From Chiloscyllium plagiosum (Eukaryota), in NCBI RefSeq assembly GCF_004010195.1, contig NC_057711.1:72327191-72391135 (forward strand): a stretch of DNA of 63,945 nucleotides. Direction: 5' to 3'. The position numbers and the translations under genes are program-made. Under the pieces are notes generated by a model. It was not told the origin of the DNA, ran no database searches, and worked only from the letters and a program-made list of their open reading frames with translations. How positions within the stretch are numbered: the stretch's first letter is position 1; each line of letters begins with the position of its first letter. Positions 38,905 through 51,761 of the stretch are shown here, piece by piece.

Positions 38905-39470
38905 GGATCATGGGCTATGGGTGTCACTGGTTAGGCCAGCATTTATTACCTACCCTAATTGCCCAGAGGACAGTTTTTACTTCACATTGCTGTAGGTCTG
39001 GAATCACATGGTGAGAAGATCAGGTAAGAATGAAAAATTTCCTTCCCTAAAGGACTTTAATGCACCACATGTGTTTTTAAGACAATCAACAGTTCTCACA
39101 TGGTCACTGCAGTCAGCTCTGCTATAACACATGTTTCTTCAACACAAATTAGCTGTAATGCGATTGAAGAATTTAGATCATTATTTGTAGGATGTGTACT
39201 TTCCTTACCTGCATTGGCTGTAATGTGATTCCAGTCCCATTGATTTAAATGGTGCTGCTGTTATGCGATTTTCTTATGACAGAGGATCACATGGGAACAG
39301 AACTGTTGTGTCAGAACAGACTGTATTAGATTGGCTTATAATTCCAGATTTTTATGGAAGTAAAATTTCACTATCTGCTATGGTGTGATTCAAATCCATG
39401 TTCCCAGAGCATCAGTCTGGAGTTTTGGATTACTACTCCAGTGGCATTGCTATTGCACCATCCTATTCCC
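38905..39470 (-). mobile_element. Deu-domain SINE with a probable MITE inserted at ~39110-39323
   Basis: Matches 50161-50500 in reverse; the insert has cagtc...gactg termini followed by ta. Confidence 0.65.
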
Positions 39471-39944
39471 TCAGAGATCTTAGCTTCTTTAAGAAAGTAG
39501 AGTTGAGGCTACATTCACATCAGCCATGGTCTTACCAAAGGGTCCACGAGGATTGAGGGGCTGATGGCTCCAGGTTTGTATGTTTGAAAGTTCAGTTTGC
39601 CAGGTCTAAAACAATCATTCAGCTGGTTGGTTCCAGAACAATTTGTTCAAAGGAAACTTTCTGGATACACTCTCTGGGTGAGATTTTCACTCTATGGATG
39701 AGATTCCCTCATGTGAAGTTAAAGTATGGAAGTAAGTGTGCTGGATTTTGTAATATTTGCCTTGGCAAAGAGTGAATTATATCAATCAATGACACACTTC
39801 TCATCCCATCACCTTTGCAGTCAAGCTGTTGCACGAGGAACTTGATAGCAATACAAGCCAGTCCTGTTGGAACCCACAAAAAGGCATGGCAATGGTGGAA
39901 AAAAGTAAATGATTCCCTGCGGTCCACAGTGTAAGTGCCACTTG

Positions 39945-40266
39945 GTGGGCAGCATGGTGGCTCAGTGGTTAGCACTGTTGCCTCACAGCACCAGGGTCCC
40001 AGGTTCGATTCCAGCCTCGGGCGACTGACAGTGTGGAGTTTGCAAAATCTCCCCATGTCTGCGTGGGTTTCCTCCAGCTGCTCCGGTTTCCTCCCACAAT
40101 CCAAAGATGTGCAGGTCAGGTGGATTGGCCATGCTAAATTGCCCATAGTGTTAGGTACGTTAGTCAGAGGGAAATGGATCTGCGTGGGTTACTCTTCGGA
40201 GGGTCGGTGTGAACTTGTTGGGTCAAAGGGCCTGTTTCCACACTGTTGGGAATCTAATCTAATCTC
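39945..40266 (+). mobile_element. HE1-like V-SINE
   Basis: tggctcagtgg A box, ggttcgattcc B box, V-domain, (aatct)n tail. Confidence 0.92.
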
Positions 40267-42216
40267 ATTTACAGAGCCATTACTCAGTCTGACCCTTCCA
40301 CTCTATACACATCTCCCCATGGATAATGAACTGCAAGCCTTATGTTCACAATATTGTTGGCCACTCAAGGGCTCACACCACCTTAACCTCTGAACAATGC
40401 ATCATGTCCATTGTGCGTCTGAAACAAAGTGGGTGTGCCACACCACCTTCTATGGTTATACACACTCAGAAACCACTGCTCCACTCATTCCTATTACACT
40501 CAGTCCTTCCTCTTATCTAATTCTTTCTTTTCTCCACAGGAAGTATTGGCAGCCAAAAATCCTCAACTAGAAAGTTGTAGCTTGACCCCCTCTGAAGTAA
40601 TCATCTATGACAAATAAGCCTTTGAAAATGCATTGGCAAGGTGTTCACCTGCACCAAGACATGCAAATCAGTGGATTCCCTACTTAGATTAGATTGAGGC
40701 CACAACGGCTGAGGACAATACTGACATGTCTCCACAACTGGAAATGGAAAAATGGCCCGAGGTCTCTGCCACTCAGAGGACTGCCAGAGACTCAGTAACT
40801 TCTCAGTCTCACTCAGCAGCTGCACCGCTGTGACTCGGATATACATGACAATGTCAACCTGCAGAGAGAGGCAAGGAACGGGCAGGCAGGTGGAGGCCAG
40901 ATCGAAAGATGGAGAAGTCTCTCCAAGTTCTCACCAGTGTGTGGCTCCAGTATGGGAGTGCCTGGTTGTGTCTATGGAAAGGGAGGCAGCTGCCTTGGAG
41001 ATCCAGGTCCAGAAGAATGCTCAGTGGCTGCTGATGTCTACTTGGACCTGCATTCCAACATTTTAGTGATGAGTGTTCAATATCAATGGCAAGGTGCAAA
41101 GGGATGAGGGGCTTTGATCTCACTCCAGCCGCTCCTTCCTTTCAAAGATACAGGCTGGTGCCAGCAACCAAGAAAGTGGAGCAATAATTAGGCACTGACA
41201 GGATGCCCAGGTGTAGCAAAGATATAATGGCTGCAAGGAAAGGTCCGGGAACTATAGACAGACGAGTCTGACATCAGTGGTGGGTAAGTTGTTGAATGGG
41301 ATTCTGAGCCATAGGATTAATAGGCATTAGGAGAGGCAAGGACTGATTAGGGATAGTCAGCATAGCTTTGTGAGTGGGAAATTGTGACTCACAAACTTGA
41401 TTGAGATTTTTGAGGATGTGATCAAGAAGAAAGATGAGGGCAGATGTTGGACTTTAGCAAGACCTTCAACAAGGTTCTGCATGGTAGACTGGTTAGTAAA
41501 GTTAGATAACATTGGATTCAGGGAGAGCTAGCCAATTGGATGCAAAGTTGACTTGATGGTAGAAGACAGAGAGTGATGGTAGAGGGTTGTTACTCAAACT
41601 GGAGGCCTGTGACCAGCAGGGATCAATGCTAGGTCCACTGTTGATTGTCAATTATATAAATGATCTCGACGAGAATATAGGAAGTGTTTCATATGTGGAT
41701 GACACCAAAATTGATGGTTTGGTGGACACTGAAGAAGTTTATCTAAAAGGACAATGAAATCTTGATCAGCTGGACCAATGGGCCGAGGAGTGGCAGATAG
41801 AGTTTAATTTAGATAAATGTGAGGTGATGCATTTGGAAAGGCAAATTAGGGCAGGATTTATACACTTAATGGTAGGGCCCAGGGTGTGTGATGCCCAGCG
41901 AAGAGATCTAGAGGTGCAGGTGCATAGATACTTGAATGTGAAGTTGCAGTAGGACAGGATGGTGAAGAAGGCATTTCGCACATTTGCCTTAATTGGTCAG
42001 AATACTGAGTATAAGAATTGGGATGCCATATTGTGGCTGTACAGGACATTGGTGAGGCTATTTTTAGAGTATAGGAAGGATGTTGTTAAAATTGAAAGGG
42101 TACAGAAATGATTTACAAGGATGTTGATAAGACTGGAAGACTTAAGATTTAGGAAGAGTCTGAATAGGCTGGGGCTTTTTTTCTCTTGAGCGTTGGAGGC
42201 TGAGGGGTGACCTTCG

Positions 42217-42520
42217 TAGAATCAAAGAATCCCTACAGCGTGGAAGGCGGCCATTTGACCCATCAAGTCCACACCAAGGAGCACCCCACTCTGACGCACC
42301 CTCCCACCCTATTCTTGTAACCCTGCATTCCCATGGCTAACCCAACCAGCCTGCACATTCCTGAACACAATGGGCAACTTAGCATGACCAATCCACCTAA
42401 TAAGCACATCTTTTGGCTGTGGGTGGAAACTGGAGCACTCGGAGGAAACCCATGCAGACATGTGGAGAATGTGCAAACTCCACACAGTAGCCTGAGGGCA
42501 ACTGAGCCACTATGCTACTC
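42217..42520 (-). mobile_element. Degraded HE1-like SINE
   Basis: ggaaactggagcactcggaggaaacccatgcagac...gtgcaaactccacacag...actgagccac. Confidence 0.8.
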
Positions 42521-42625
42521 CAAAACATATAGAGGTTTATAAAATCATGAGGGGCATGGATAGGCTGAATAGCCATGGTCTTTTTCCTAAAGTGGGGAGT
42601 CCAAAACTAGAGGGTATTGGTTTAA

Positions 42626-42940
42626 GATTAGATTGCTTACAGTATGGAAACAGCCCCAATGGCCCAACAAGTCCGCACAGACCCTCTGAAGAGCAGCCCA
42701 CCCAGACTCATTCTCCTACATTTTCCCCTTCACCTAACACTATGGGCAATTTAGAATGGCCAATTCACCTAACCTGCACATTTTTGGACTGCGGGAGGAA
42801 ACCAGAGCACCCAGAGGAAACCCACACAGACATGGGGAGAATGTGCAAACTCCACAGACAGTTGCCTGAGGCAGGGAATTGAACCCAGGTCTCTGGCGCT
42901 GTGAGGCAGCAGTGCTAACCACTGTGCCACTGCGCCGCCC
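42626..42940 (-). mobile_element. HE1-like V-SINE
   Basis: Full reverse complement including A/B boxes and attagatt tail. Confidence 0.92.
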
Positions 42941-44555
42941 TAACATGAGAGAGGAAAGATTTGAAAGAGACCTGAACAGCAAACTTTTCACATTGTGGTA
43001 TATATATGGAATGAGATGTCAGAGGATGTGGCAGATGCAGGTACAGTTACAACATTTAAAAGACATTTGGCCAGGTATATGAATATAAAAGATTTAGAGG
43101 GATATAGGCCAAACACAGGCAAATGGGACTAGTTTATTTTGGGAAATCTGGTAGGCATGGACAAGTTGGACTGAAGAGTCTGTTTCTGTGCTGTATGACT
43201 TGAAGACTTGATAAAGATCGTTGATAACACTTTAAAATAGAAGAATCATTCTCAGGATGAGTGATGGCTTGGTGCACTCTCTGATGTGACTTGTATATCT
43301 TTGACATGAGGATCATTATAGTGCAAACAGGCTGTAAACCCTAATTTTGGTGGCACAAAAAGCTAAATGTAATGCACTGGGTTTGCAGGATGGGTTTGCA
43401 GGAGTTGGAGCCAGTCAAATTCTGATGGTGTCCACTTCCTGTACGGTTCAGAAGTTACGTTAGTCAGAAAATGTTCTCCAGTTGAAGTTTTCCCTGGACA
43501 TGACCTTCCCATTTTGACAATTATCCTTCTTACTCAGTACATCCCTTCAAGATGATGTCAGATCCCCTGAAGGCCAAGGAGTGGAGCATCTGAGTTTGAG
43601 AGTTCTCGTAAGCTCTTATGTTGATGGCCCTTTTGGAGGTCAGTGAGAATATGGTGAGGAAATGGTGCATTTTGATTTTGGATGTTTGCAGTTCTTCAGG
43701 CAGGCTCCTGTCAAATTTACTGCTAGAGTCTGGCAGAACCTTTGAGGGATTTCAACCCCTCTGCTACTTTATTACTCTCTATCCAGTTAGTATTAATTTA
43801 AAACTTGAAAATATATTTCCATTCAATTTAAAAAGCTTTTAGTTTCTGGACCGTTATGGGATCATTATCCTCCAGCTTTCCGTGATTTATTCTTCAGAAC
43901 TGGGTGTCTCAGGCAAGGGTTGCTATTAATTTTATTCACCATACACACATTGAGTTGTTTGTACTTTGCCAGCTAGGTCATAAAGAGTTATGTAAAAAAT
44001 AATTTTCTGACTTTGCACTTTTAGCAGGGAGCCTGACCAACAGGGTTGAAAAGTAATGTGCGATTCATGTCAAGATACAATGAATGTTCGCGGTTTGTAG
44101 TGCCTCTCAAACAAGAACATAAAGTTGAAAATAACTTCTTTGCAGTTAATGTATTTTTCTTCATTATTTCCATTTTTTTCCTACAATACAACGAAGACTC
44201 TGCTTTAAAAATGCATAATTGGTTAGAAAAGGGCTTTGAAACGTCAGATGCTTTTTTTTCTTTATTTCAGGCAACAATATAACACAATGCAATAGTTTTA
44301 CAAAATAATTTGGAAATGTAGACACTATGCTGATATAGGAAATATAGCAACCAACTTTGAGCAAGCAAGCTCCTACCCATTACTTCAATAAATAATTTTG
44401 TTCAGTGACTTTGGTTGAATATCTAATTTTGACTGTGACCATGGGAAGATCTCTGCTCTTTAATAAATTAGCATAGGAGTTTTTATGTACATTTTATGTC
44501 TGGTGTCAGGATGAAGAACATCGTAAACTTGTCTGAAAGAATAATGGAATAAAAC

Positions 44556-44718
44556 AAAGTTAAAAATCACACACCAGGTTATAGTCCAATAGGTTTATTT
44601 GGAAGCAAATAGGTTTATTTTGGAGTGCCGCTTGCAAATAAACCTATTGGACTATAACCTGATGCTGTGTGATTTTTAACTTTGTCCACCCCAGTCCAAC
44701 ACCGGCAAATTCTAGTCA
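44556..44718 (+). mobile_element. Short fold-back PLE-type element (family B)
   Basis: Inverted arms; near-TSD gga(a/g)taaaacaaa at 44546-44558 and 44719-44731. Confidence 0.82.
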
Positions 44719-45039
44719 GGAGTAAAACAAATAACTGTGAATGATGGAGATTTGAAACATAAACCGAAACAACAATTTCTGCTGTGAAAGAATAATGGAG
44801 AGGGGAATAGAAATATGAATGAAATTATATAACAGGAACACAAAGGGTATAATCTCTGGATTACTATCTGAGTTACATGGAAATTGGATAACAGTCTGGG
44901 GAGCCGAACATCTGGCTGAAGGATTGGTGAGGAAACAAAGTCTTCAAGTCCATTTGGTACTGGCCTAATACTGGGACAGTAGGAAACAGTACTGTTGTAT
45001 TAATGATTTTTGGACAAGGAGACTCTGGCAGAAAAGAGT

Positions 45040-45310
45040 AGTCACAAAGTCACAAGGACAGCAAATACACGGGAACACCATCACTTGCAAGTTCCTCACC
45101 ATCCTAACTTGGAAATATATCACTGTTCCTTAACTGTGGCTGGGTCAAAACTTTGGCATTCCCTCCCTTACAAAATTGTAGATCTGTCTACAGCCCATGG
45201 GACTGTAGTGGTTCAGAAGGCAACCCACAACCACCTTCTCAAGAGCAACAGGGATTGACAATAAAAGCTAGCCCAGCCAGTGATGCCCATGTCCCATGAG
45301 TGAATAAAAA
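45040..45310 (+). mobile_element. LINE 3' end sharing its tail with the Deu-SINEs
   Basis: caataaaagctagcccagccagtgatgcccatgtcccatgagtgaataaaaa resembles SINE tail 50448-50497. Confidence 0.7.
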
Positions 45311-45364
45311 TGTTCAGTTAGCTCAGTTGGATGGTTTGCAATACAGTGTGATGCCAAAAACATT

Positions 45365-45672
45365 GGCCATGGCAATAGTCTCTGGGTTTGGTGTACCCAC
45401 TGAGGGTGGTAGTGAAGGTGAATTGGCCCAGCAGCAAAAGGTGAGAGCTGAAGCTCAGTGACTTCAACATGAGTTTGGTCTGGTGAGGCAATGGTGATTC
45501 GGAGCCAGCTCAGAACCCGTCCATAGATGGACTTCTTTAAGCAGTATCTAATTATTTTCTTTTATACTTAAACTATCAAAATGGCACCAGATTATGGCAA
45601 CAAATGAAAGCTTTTCACTGCATTTTATTGTAATTTGCCATAAAGTATCCATGACAATAAATAAATCATTCA
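45365..45672 (+). mobile_element. Truncated Rex/Babar-like-ended non-coding element
   Basis: aaaatggcacc...agcttttcactgca...catgacaataaataaatcattca. Confidence 0.5.
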
Positions 45673-46329
45673 TAACATGGGTTCAATTACCTGCCTTCTC
45701 AACCTTGCCTTTCTCTTGAGGCATGATGACTCTTAGGTTAAACTCACCACCAGTCATCTGGCTATATCTAATGAGAGAGCTGCACGGTGGTCCTCTGAGA
45801 CTGTGGCAGTTTTACCTACAGTCTTATGTATGTTGGTATTGCTCGCATGGAAAAGGATGCATCAATAAGTAATGAAAAAAGTGAAAAGAAAGTAATAATT
45901 ATGACCAGGAATTGTGCTTTAGGTACAATGGATAAATGGGAAAACTAAAAGTAATCAGATCAGGAGCCAGAAATGAGAAATGTGTAAGAAAATCAAAAAT
46001 AGAGCCAGAAGGACAGGTGAAGGTGTGTGATCCAAATGAGTGTTCTTCATATAAACACATTGACTGTAAGGAACAAGTTGAACAAATTGTGAACTTAACT
46101 TACAGTTTCATAGCATAATAGCCATTATCGAGACATGCAAGTGGTCATGAACTGTAACTGAAGATATCAAATCTACAGGCCTACAGCAAAGAGAAGGATA
46201 TGTTGGCGGGGTGGTGGGGGTGTCAAAATTAGTGTTATTGATGAAAAGTGGTATCACTTCCACGTTAGGTGAAAATATAATGAAGCGTAAGCGACAAGAG
46301 GCTATGACTGATAGGTACAACTGGCCTCT

Positions 46330-46645
46330 CCACCACAATGTGGAAAATTGTCCAAGTGTGTCCTGTCGATAAAAAGCAGGATAAGTCTAAATGGGCTTAT
46401 TATCGCTCTATCGGTCTACTCTCATTTATTAGTAAAGTGAGGGGAGAAGTCATTAATAATGCTGTCAAGCAGTAAGCAACAACCTGCTCACTGACGCTCA
46501 CTTTGGGTTCTGCCAGGATCTCTCAACTCCTAACCTCATTACAGCCTTCAAACATGGACAAGAGAACTGACTTCCAGGCGGGACTTGACAGTGACTACCC
46601 TTGACTTCAAGGTTGCGTTGTCTAGTGTCAAGGAGCCCAGAATGA
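46330..46645 (+). mobile_element. LINE RT fragment
   Basis: Translates MWKIVQVCPVDKKQDKSKWAYYRSIGLLSFISKV. Confidence 0.75.
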
Positions 46646-46689
46646 GAATCAAAGTAGTACAACCATTGCTGCATGCTATTGAGCATTGA

Positions 46690-49600
46690 ACTTATAGGAT
46701 ATATCAGATGAATGCCTGGCTGAAGAAATGGTGTATAGGGGAGGGATTCAGATTCCTGGGACAAAGAGATTGGTTTTGGGGGAGATGGGATCAGTACAAA
46801 CAGATCAAGTTGCATCTCGGCAGGACTGGGACTAAGGTTTTCAGGGAAGGTGTTTGATGATACTGACAAGGAGGGTTTAATCTAGAATGACTGTAAATAG
46901 GTCCTGTATCAGGGAGACAGTGAAGGGGGAAACAAGGGTAGAACTGAAAGTGGGTGGCACGGTGGCACAGTGGTTAGCACTGCTGCCTAACAGCGCCAGA
47001 GACCCAGGTTCAATTCCCGCCTCAGGCGACTGTGTGGAGTTTGCACGTTCCGGTGCTCCAGTTTCCTCCCACCGTCCAAAGATGTACATTTCAGGTGAAT
47101 TGGCCATGCTAAATTGCCCGTAGTGTTAGGTAAGGGGTAAATGTAGGGGTATGGGTGGGTTGCGCTTCGGCGGGTCAGTGTGGACTTGTTGGGCTGAAGG
47201 GCCTGTTTCCACACTGTAATGTAATCTAATCTAATAGAAAAGTAAGAAACAAAAGTGGAAGGCAGAAGAAACAAAAGTAAAAAGCAAACGGAGCCATAGT
47301 GCTAAATAAAGCCAATAAGTTTCAAAGGACAAGCCTAAATGCATTGTATCTTAATGTGCAGAGCATTTGCTATAAGATAGATGTCTAAACAATATCATTA
47401 GATATACATAGTTATGATATAGTTGCAATTGCGGAAATATGGTTGCAGAGTGACCAAGGATAGGATCTGAACATCTGCGGCCCTCAATATTTATAGAGAA
47501 GAGATAAATATGGAAAGCATGTGGGAAGGCATTGTTAGTAAAGGAAAAAATTAATACAATATTGTGAAAGGATATTGCATTGGAAAACCAAGATGTGGAA
47601 TCTGTATGGGTGGAGTTAAGCAGTAGCAAGGGGCAGGAAACATTGGTGAGAATGTTCTATAGGCCCTGAACAATAGCAGAGGTGTAAAGGTCAGCATTAA
47701 ACAGGACAGTAGAGATGCATGCAATAAAAGTACAACTGTACAACTGAATTTAATTTACATATAGATTGGACAAACCAAACTAGCAATAAAACGATGGATG
47801 ATTTCCTAAAATGTATGCAAGATCAATATGTTGAATAACTAATGAGAGAGCAGACTAGATATTGTGCATTGAGAAAGGATTAATTAACAATCTTTTTGTG
47901 TAGTGCTCACTGGGGAAAAGCCATTATTAAATGTTTGAATTGTCCATTAAAACAGAGAGTAATTAGTTTGAATCCAAAACTAGGGTCCTGAATATAAATA
48001 AAGGGAACAAAGAGGATATCTAGCATGATTTGAGGAACTTTATTAAAGTATTGGAAGTTGATGGGCAGTGGCTAATTGAGAAGCAAAACCATTATAACCA
48101 TTTTTTATTCCTTTCTGATGCAAAAATAGAGCATGAAAATTGGCTCGACCATGGCTTACAAAAAAAAAAATGGAGAAAGTATTAGATCCAAAGAAGAAAA
48201 CTTTTAAAATTTCCAGCAGTACCTGAGAGGACTGGGAGCAGTTTAGAATTCAGCAAAAGAGGACAAAGAGATTGATTAAAAGGGCAAAAACATAAATTGA
48301 GAATTAACTTACAATGGGCATAAGAACTGACTACGAAATCTTATATAAATGTGTGAAGGGAAAAATGTTAGTAAAGGCAAATCGAGGTTCCTTTCAGTCA
48401 GAAATGGAGGAAATAATAATGGGGAATAAATAAATGGCAGAAGAATTGAACAAATATTTTGGTTCTGAAACAGCACACAAATAATTTCCCAGAACTTTTG
48501 AGGAACCAATAGGAGGGAGGAATTGAAGAAAATCAGTATGAGTAAAAAAGAGAAATTAGTGGGATTAATGCTGATAAAACACCAGAGCCTGATCATCTAC
48601 ATCCCAGATGACTTAAAAGAAGTGGCCGGAACATATTGGTTATTTTCAATAGATTCTGAAGCAGTTCCTACAGTTTAGAAGATGACAAATGTACTGTAAC
48701 CCTACTATTTAAAAAAGGGAGAGAGAAAAAAAGTAAAGAATTACAGACCAGTAATAATAACATCACTAGTGGGGAAAGTGCTAGAGTCAGTTATAAAGCC
48801 TGATAACAGAATACTAATTGAATTAGACAAAGTATCATGGGTGTAAAGAAAGGGGAATCATGCGTAACTAATCTTTTGGAGATTTTGGAGGTGTAGAATA
48901 GATAAAGGAGAACCAGCAGATATCATATTTTTGGATTTCAAGAAGGCTTTTGATAAAGCATACAGACAAAATTAAAGTGCATGGAATTAGGGATAATATA
49001 TTGGCATGGATTGAGAACTGGCTGTCAGACTGGAACAGAGAGTGAGAATAAATGGGTCTTTTCCAGGTGGAATGCAGTGACAAAAGGTATACTGTAGTGA
49101 TTAGTGCTTGGGTCCCAACTGTTCACAATCTATGCACATGACTTAGATTAGAGAACCAAATGCAATATTTCCAAGTTTGCTGATGACACAAAGCTAGGTG
49201 GGATTATGAGTTGTGAGGAGGATACAAGGAGGCTTCATAGTGATCTAATTGACTATATGGGTAAACACATGATAGTTGCAAACTAATTGAAAAATATGAA
49301 GTCATGCCTTTTTTTTGTGAAAAACAAAATGATAGAATGGTATTTGAATGTTAATATATTGGGACATGAGGATGTACAAAAGGATTTTAGTATCCTTGTA
49401 TGCCAGTCAATGAAAGCAAACAGGCAGGTGAAGCAAGAGGTTTGCAAGGCATATGGTATGTTGGTCTTCATTGCAAGAGGTTTGGAGTTCAGAAATCAGG
49501 ATGTCTTCCTGCAGACTACAGGACCTGAAGTATTAGGTGCTATTATCACCACCTTATCTAAGAGATGATATACTTCTCATAGAGTGAGTGCAGCAAAACT

Positions 49601-50060
49601 TCTATTAGACTGATACAGGAAAGGGCAAGACTGTCATATGAGGAGAAGTTGCTTCATCGGGGCCTGTATTTAAGAGTGGTTAGAAGGATGAGAGGGGCTG
49701 TGATTGAAATGGATAAAATTCTAACATTAATAGACAGACCAGATGCAGTGAGGAGGTTTCCCCTCGTTGAGAAGTCCAGAACAATGGGTCACAGGATATG
49801 GAGTAGGCCATTTATGATTGGGATGAGGTAACACTTCTTCTCGCAGAGGTTAGTTAATCTGTGGAATTTGCTACTCCAGAAGATTGTGGAAGTTGGGTCA
49901 CTTGGTACATTCAAGAAAGAGATTGGTACATTTTGTTTTGTTTGAAAGGCATCAAGGCATATGGGAGAAAACAGGAATATAATGTTGACATAGATCAGCT
50001 ACACTCATATTGAATGGCGGAGCAGAATTGAAGAGCTGAATGCCCTACCCCTGGCCTATG
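46690..50060 (+). mobile_element. Long decayed CR1 LINE (ORF1 C-terminus, APE and RT remnants, 3' tail)
   Basis: MNAWLKKWC.GEGFRFLG..DWFWGRWDQYK (esterase-type ORF1), ALYLNVQSI (APE start), DFKKAFDK, SKFADDTKLGG; many stops and frameshifts. Confidence 0.88.
46951..47233 (+). mobile_element. HE1-like V-SINE (small internal deletion)
   Basis: A/B boxes, V-domain start, (taatc)n tail. Confidence 0.92.
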
Positions 50061-50160
50061 TTTTCAAGAAGTAACCAAAGAATTATAGGTCGGTGAACCA
50101 AACACCTGTTGCTTGGCAATTGTAATAACCTGTAAATAAGCATTGAGTGATTGGACAATG

Positions 50161-50500
50161 GGAAGACAATGGTGTAGTGGTTTTATCATTGGACCTTTAA
50201 TCCAGAGACCCAAGTTCGAATTCCACCATGGCAGATGGTGGAATTTGAATTCAATAAATATCTGGAATTAAGAATCTAACAATGGTCATAAGTTCATTGC
50301 CCGAATGTCGGGGGGGAAACCCCTCTGGTTCACTATTGTCCTTTAGGGAACAAAACTCCCATCCTTATCTGGTCTGGCCTACCCGTAACTATTGACCCAC
50401 AGCAGTATGGTTGACTCTTAACTGCCCTCTGGCCAATTACGAATGGGCAATAAATGATGCCTAGCTAATGACGCCATCATCTCTTGAATGAATAAAAGAA
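50161..50500 (+). mobile_element. tRNA-headed Deu-domain SINE (SacSINE1-like)
   Basis: tggtgtagtgg A box, gttcgaattcc B box, core ctggttcacta.tgtcctttagggaa...ccttatctggtctggcctac, tail gaatgaataaaa. Confidence 0.82.
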
Positions 50501-50519
50501 AAAGACATGAACATTTTCA

Positions 50520-51650
50520 GCTGATCAGAAATAGATTTGTAAAGAGTAGGTCATGCCTGATGAACTGAGTTGAATCTTTTGAGGCAGCAAAATGGTGAAT
50601 AGAAATTTCTATGGATGTTACTTATATGGACTTTCAGAAGGCATTCAATAAGTCTTTCATAAGGGGCTGTTCGCAAAGGTTAATGCTCTTGAAATTGAGA
50701 GAAAACTGTTGACCTGGTTGGCTGAGTAACAGCAGACAGAATATGGGGATAAGTTGGTACTTTAATGTCAGAATGTCACTCATGGTGTTCCACAAAAATT
50801 TGTGCTCGAGGCTCAAATATTTTCTGTGTAGCATTTATTAACAGCTGAGAAGATAGGACAGGAAGCTACATACCCAAGTTTATCAATGACACAAAACTGG
50901 CAGCTTTCCAAACTCTGTGTAAATGGAATCTTAAAATGATATAGATAGTCTAATAGATAAACTGAACAGGCAAAGCTCTGATAAATGCAGGTATGTATGA
51001 GGTCTTAAAAAGGATAGATCAGAGTACTTTCTAAATGGTAAAGTGTTGGACACAGGCACCAAAGACATCTGAGAGGCCTCTCTGTGTTGAATATTAAAAT
51101 TACATGGAAAGGAAGAAAATTTAATTAAGTAGTCTAATAGAATGCTGACCTTTCACCTAGTGAACTAGAACACAAAGGGTAGGAATCACGTTACAGCAAT
51201 GCAAAGCCCTGGTTAGTTGCAATTGGAGTACTGTGTTCAGCTTTGGCATCATAGCTTATGAAGTATGTATTAGTCTTGGAAGGACTAATTATTAGATTTA
51301 CCAGAAGTTATGCCCAAGAGTTAAATTATTTAGAATGATGAAATAAACTACGTTGTATTTCCACGAATTAAAAAAATTAAGGGGTGATTTGCTTAAAGTT
51401 TTCAGAAATTAAGGAGACCCAACAGGGTTGATGGAAAATATTTCTGTCATTTATTTAATCTAAGACAAAAGGTCTTAGTCTACAAATTGGAGCCAGAGCT
51501 TTCAGGACTGAACTAAAGAGGCACTTCCTCGTATCAAGGAGAGGGGATGTTCAGAACTCTCTTTACGAAGTACTTAATGTTCAATCAGTTGTCAATTTTT
51601 TATCTTGAAATTGATAGTCTTTTTGAAATCCAAAGGTATTAATGTGTAAA
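50520..51650 (+). mobile_element. Highly decayed CR1 RT fragment
   Basis: tatatggactttcagaaggcattcaataag (YMDFQKAFNK) and ttggagtactgtgttcag (LEYCVQ). Confidence 0.75.
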
Positions 51651-51761
51651 GATAGAAACAGATAGAAATTCACAGTACAGTGGGAGTCCATCTAACCCAT
51701 TGTGCCTGTGCAGCTCAGTAAATTCTAGACAGTCTAATCCAATTCATGGTCCCATACGTAT

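Larger units (their letters stand above)
41214..43200 (+). mobile_element. CR1/HER1-like LINE RT region, decayed, carrying two SINE insertions
   Basis: Segments encoding PGNYR..SLTSVVGKLL, DFSKTFNKV, DQLDQWAEEWQIEFN; tgtttctgtgctgtatgact tail. Confidence 0.92.
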
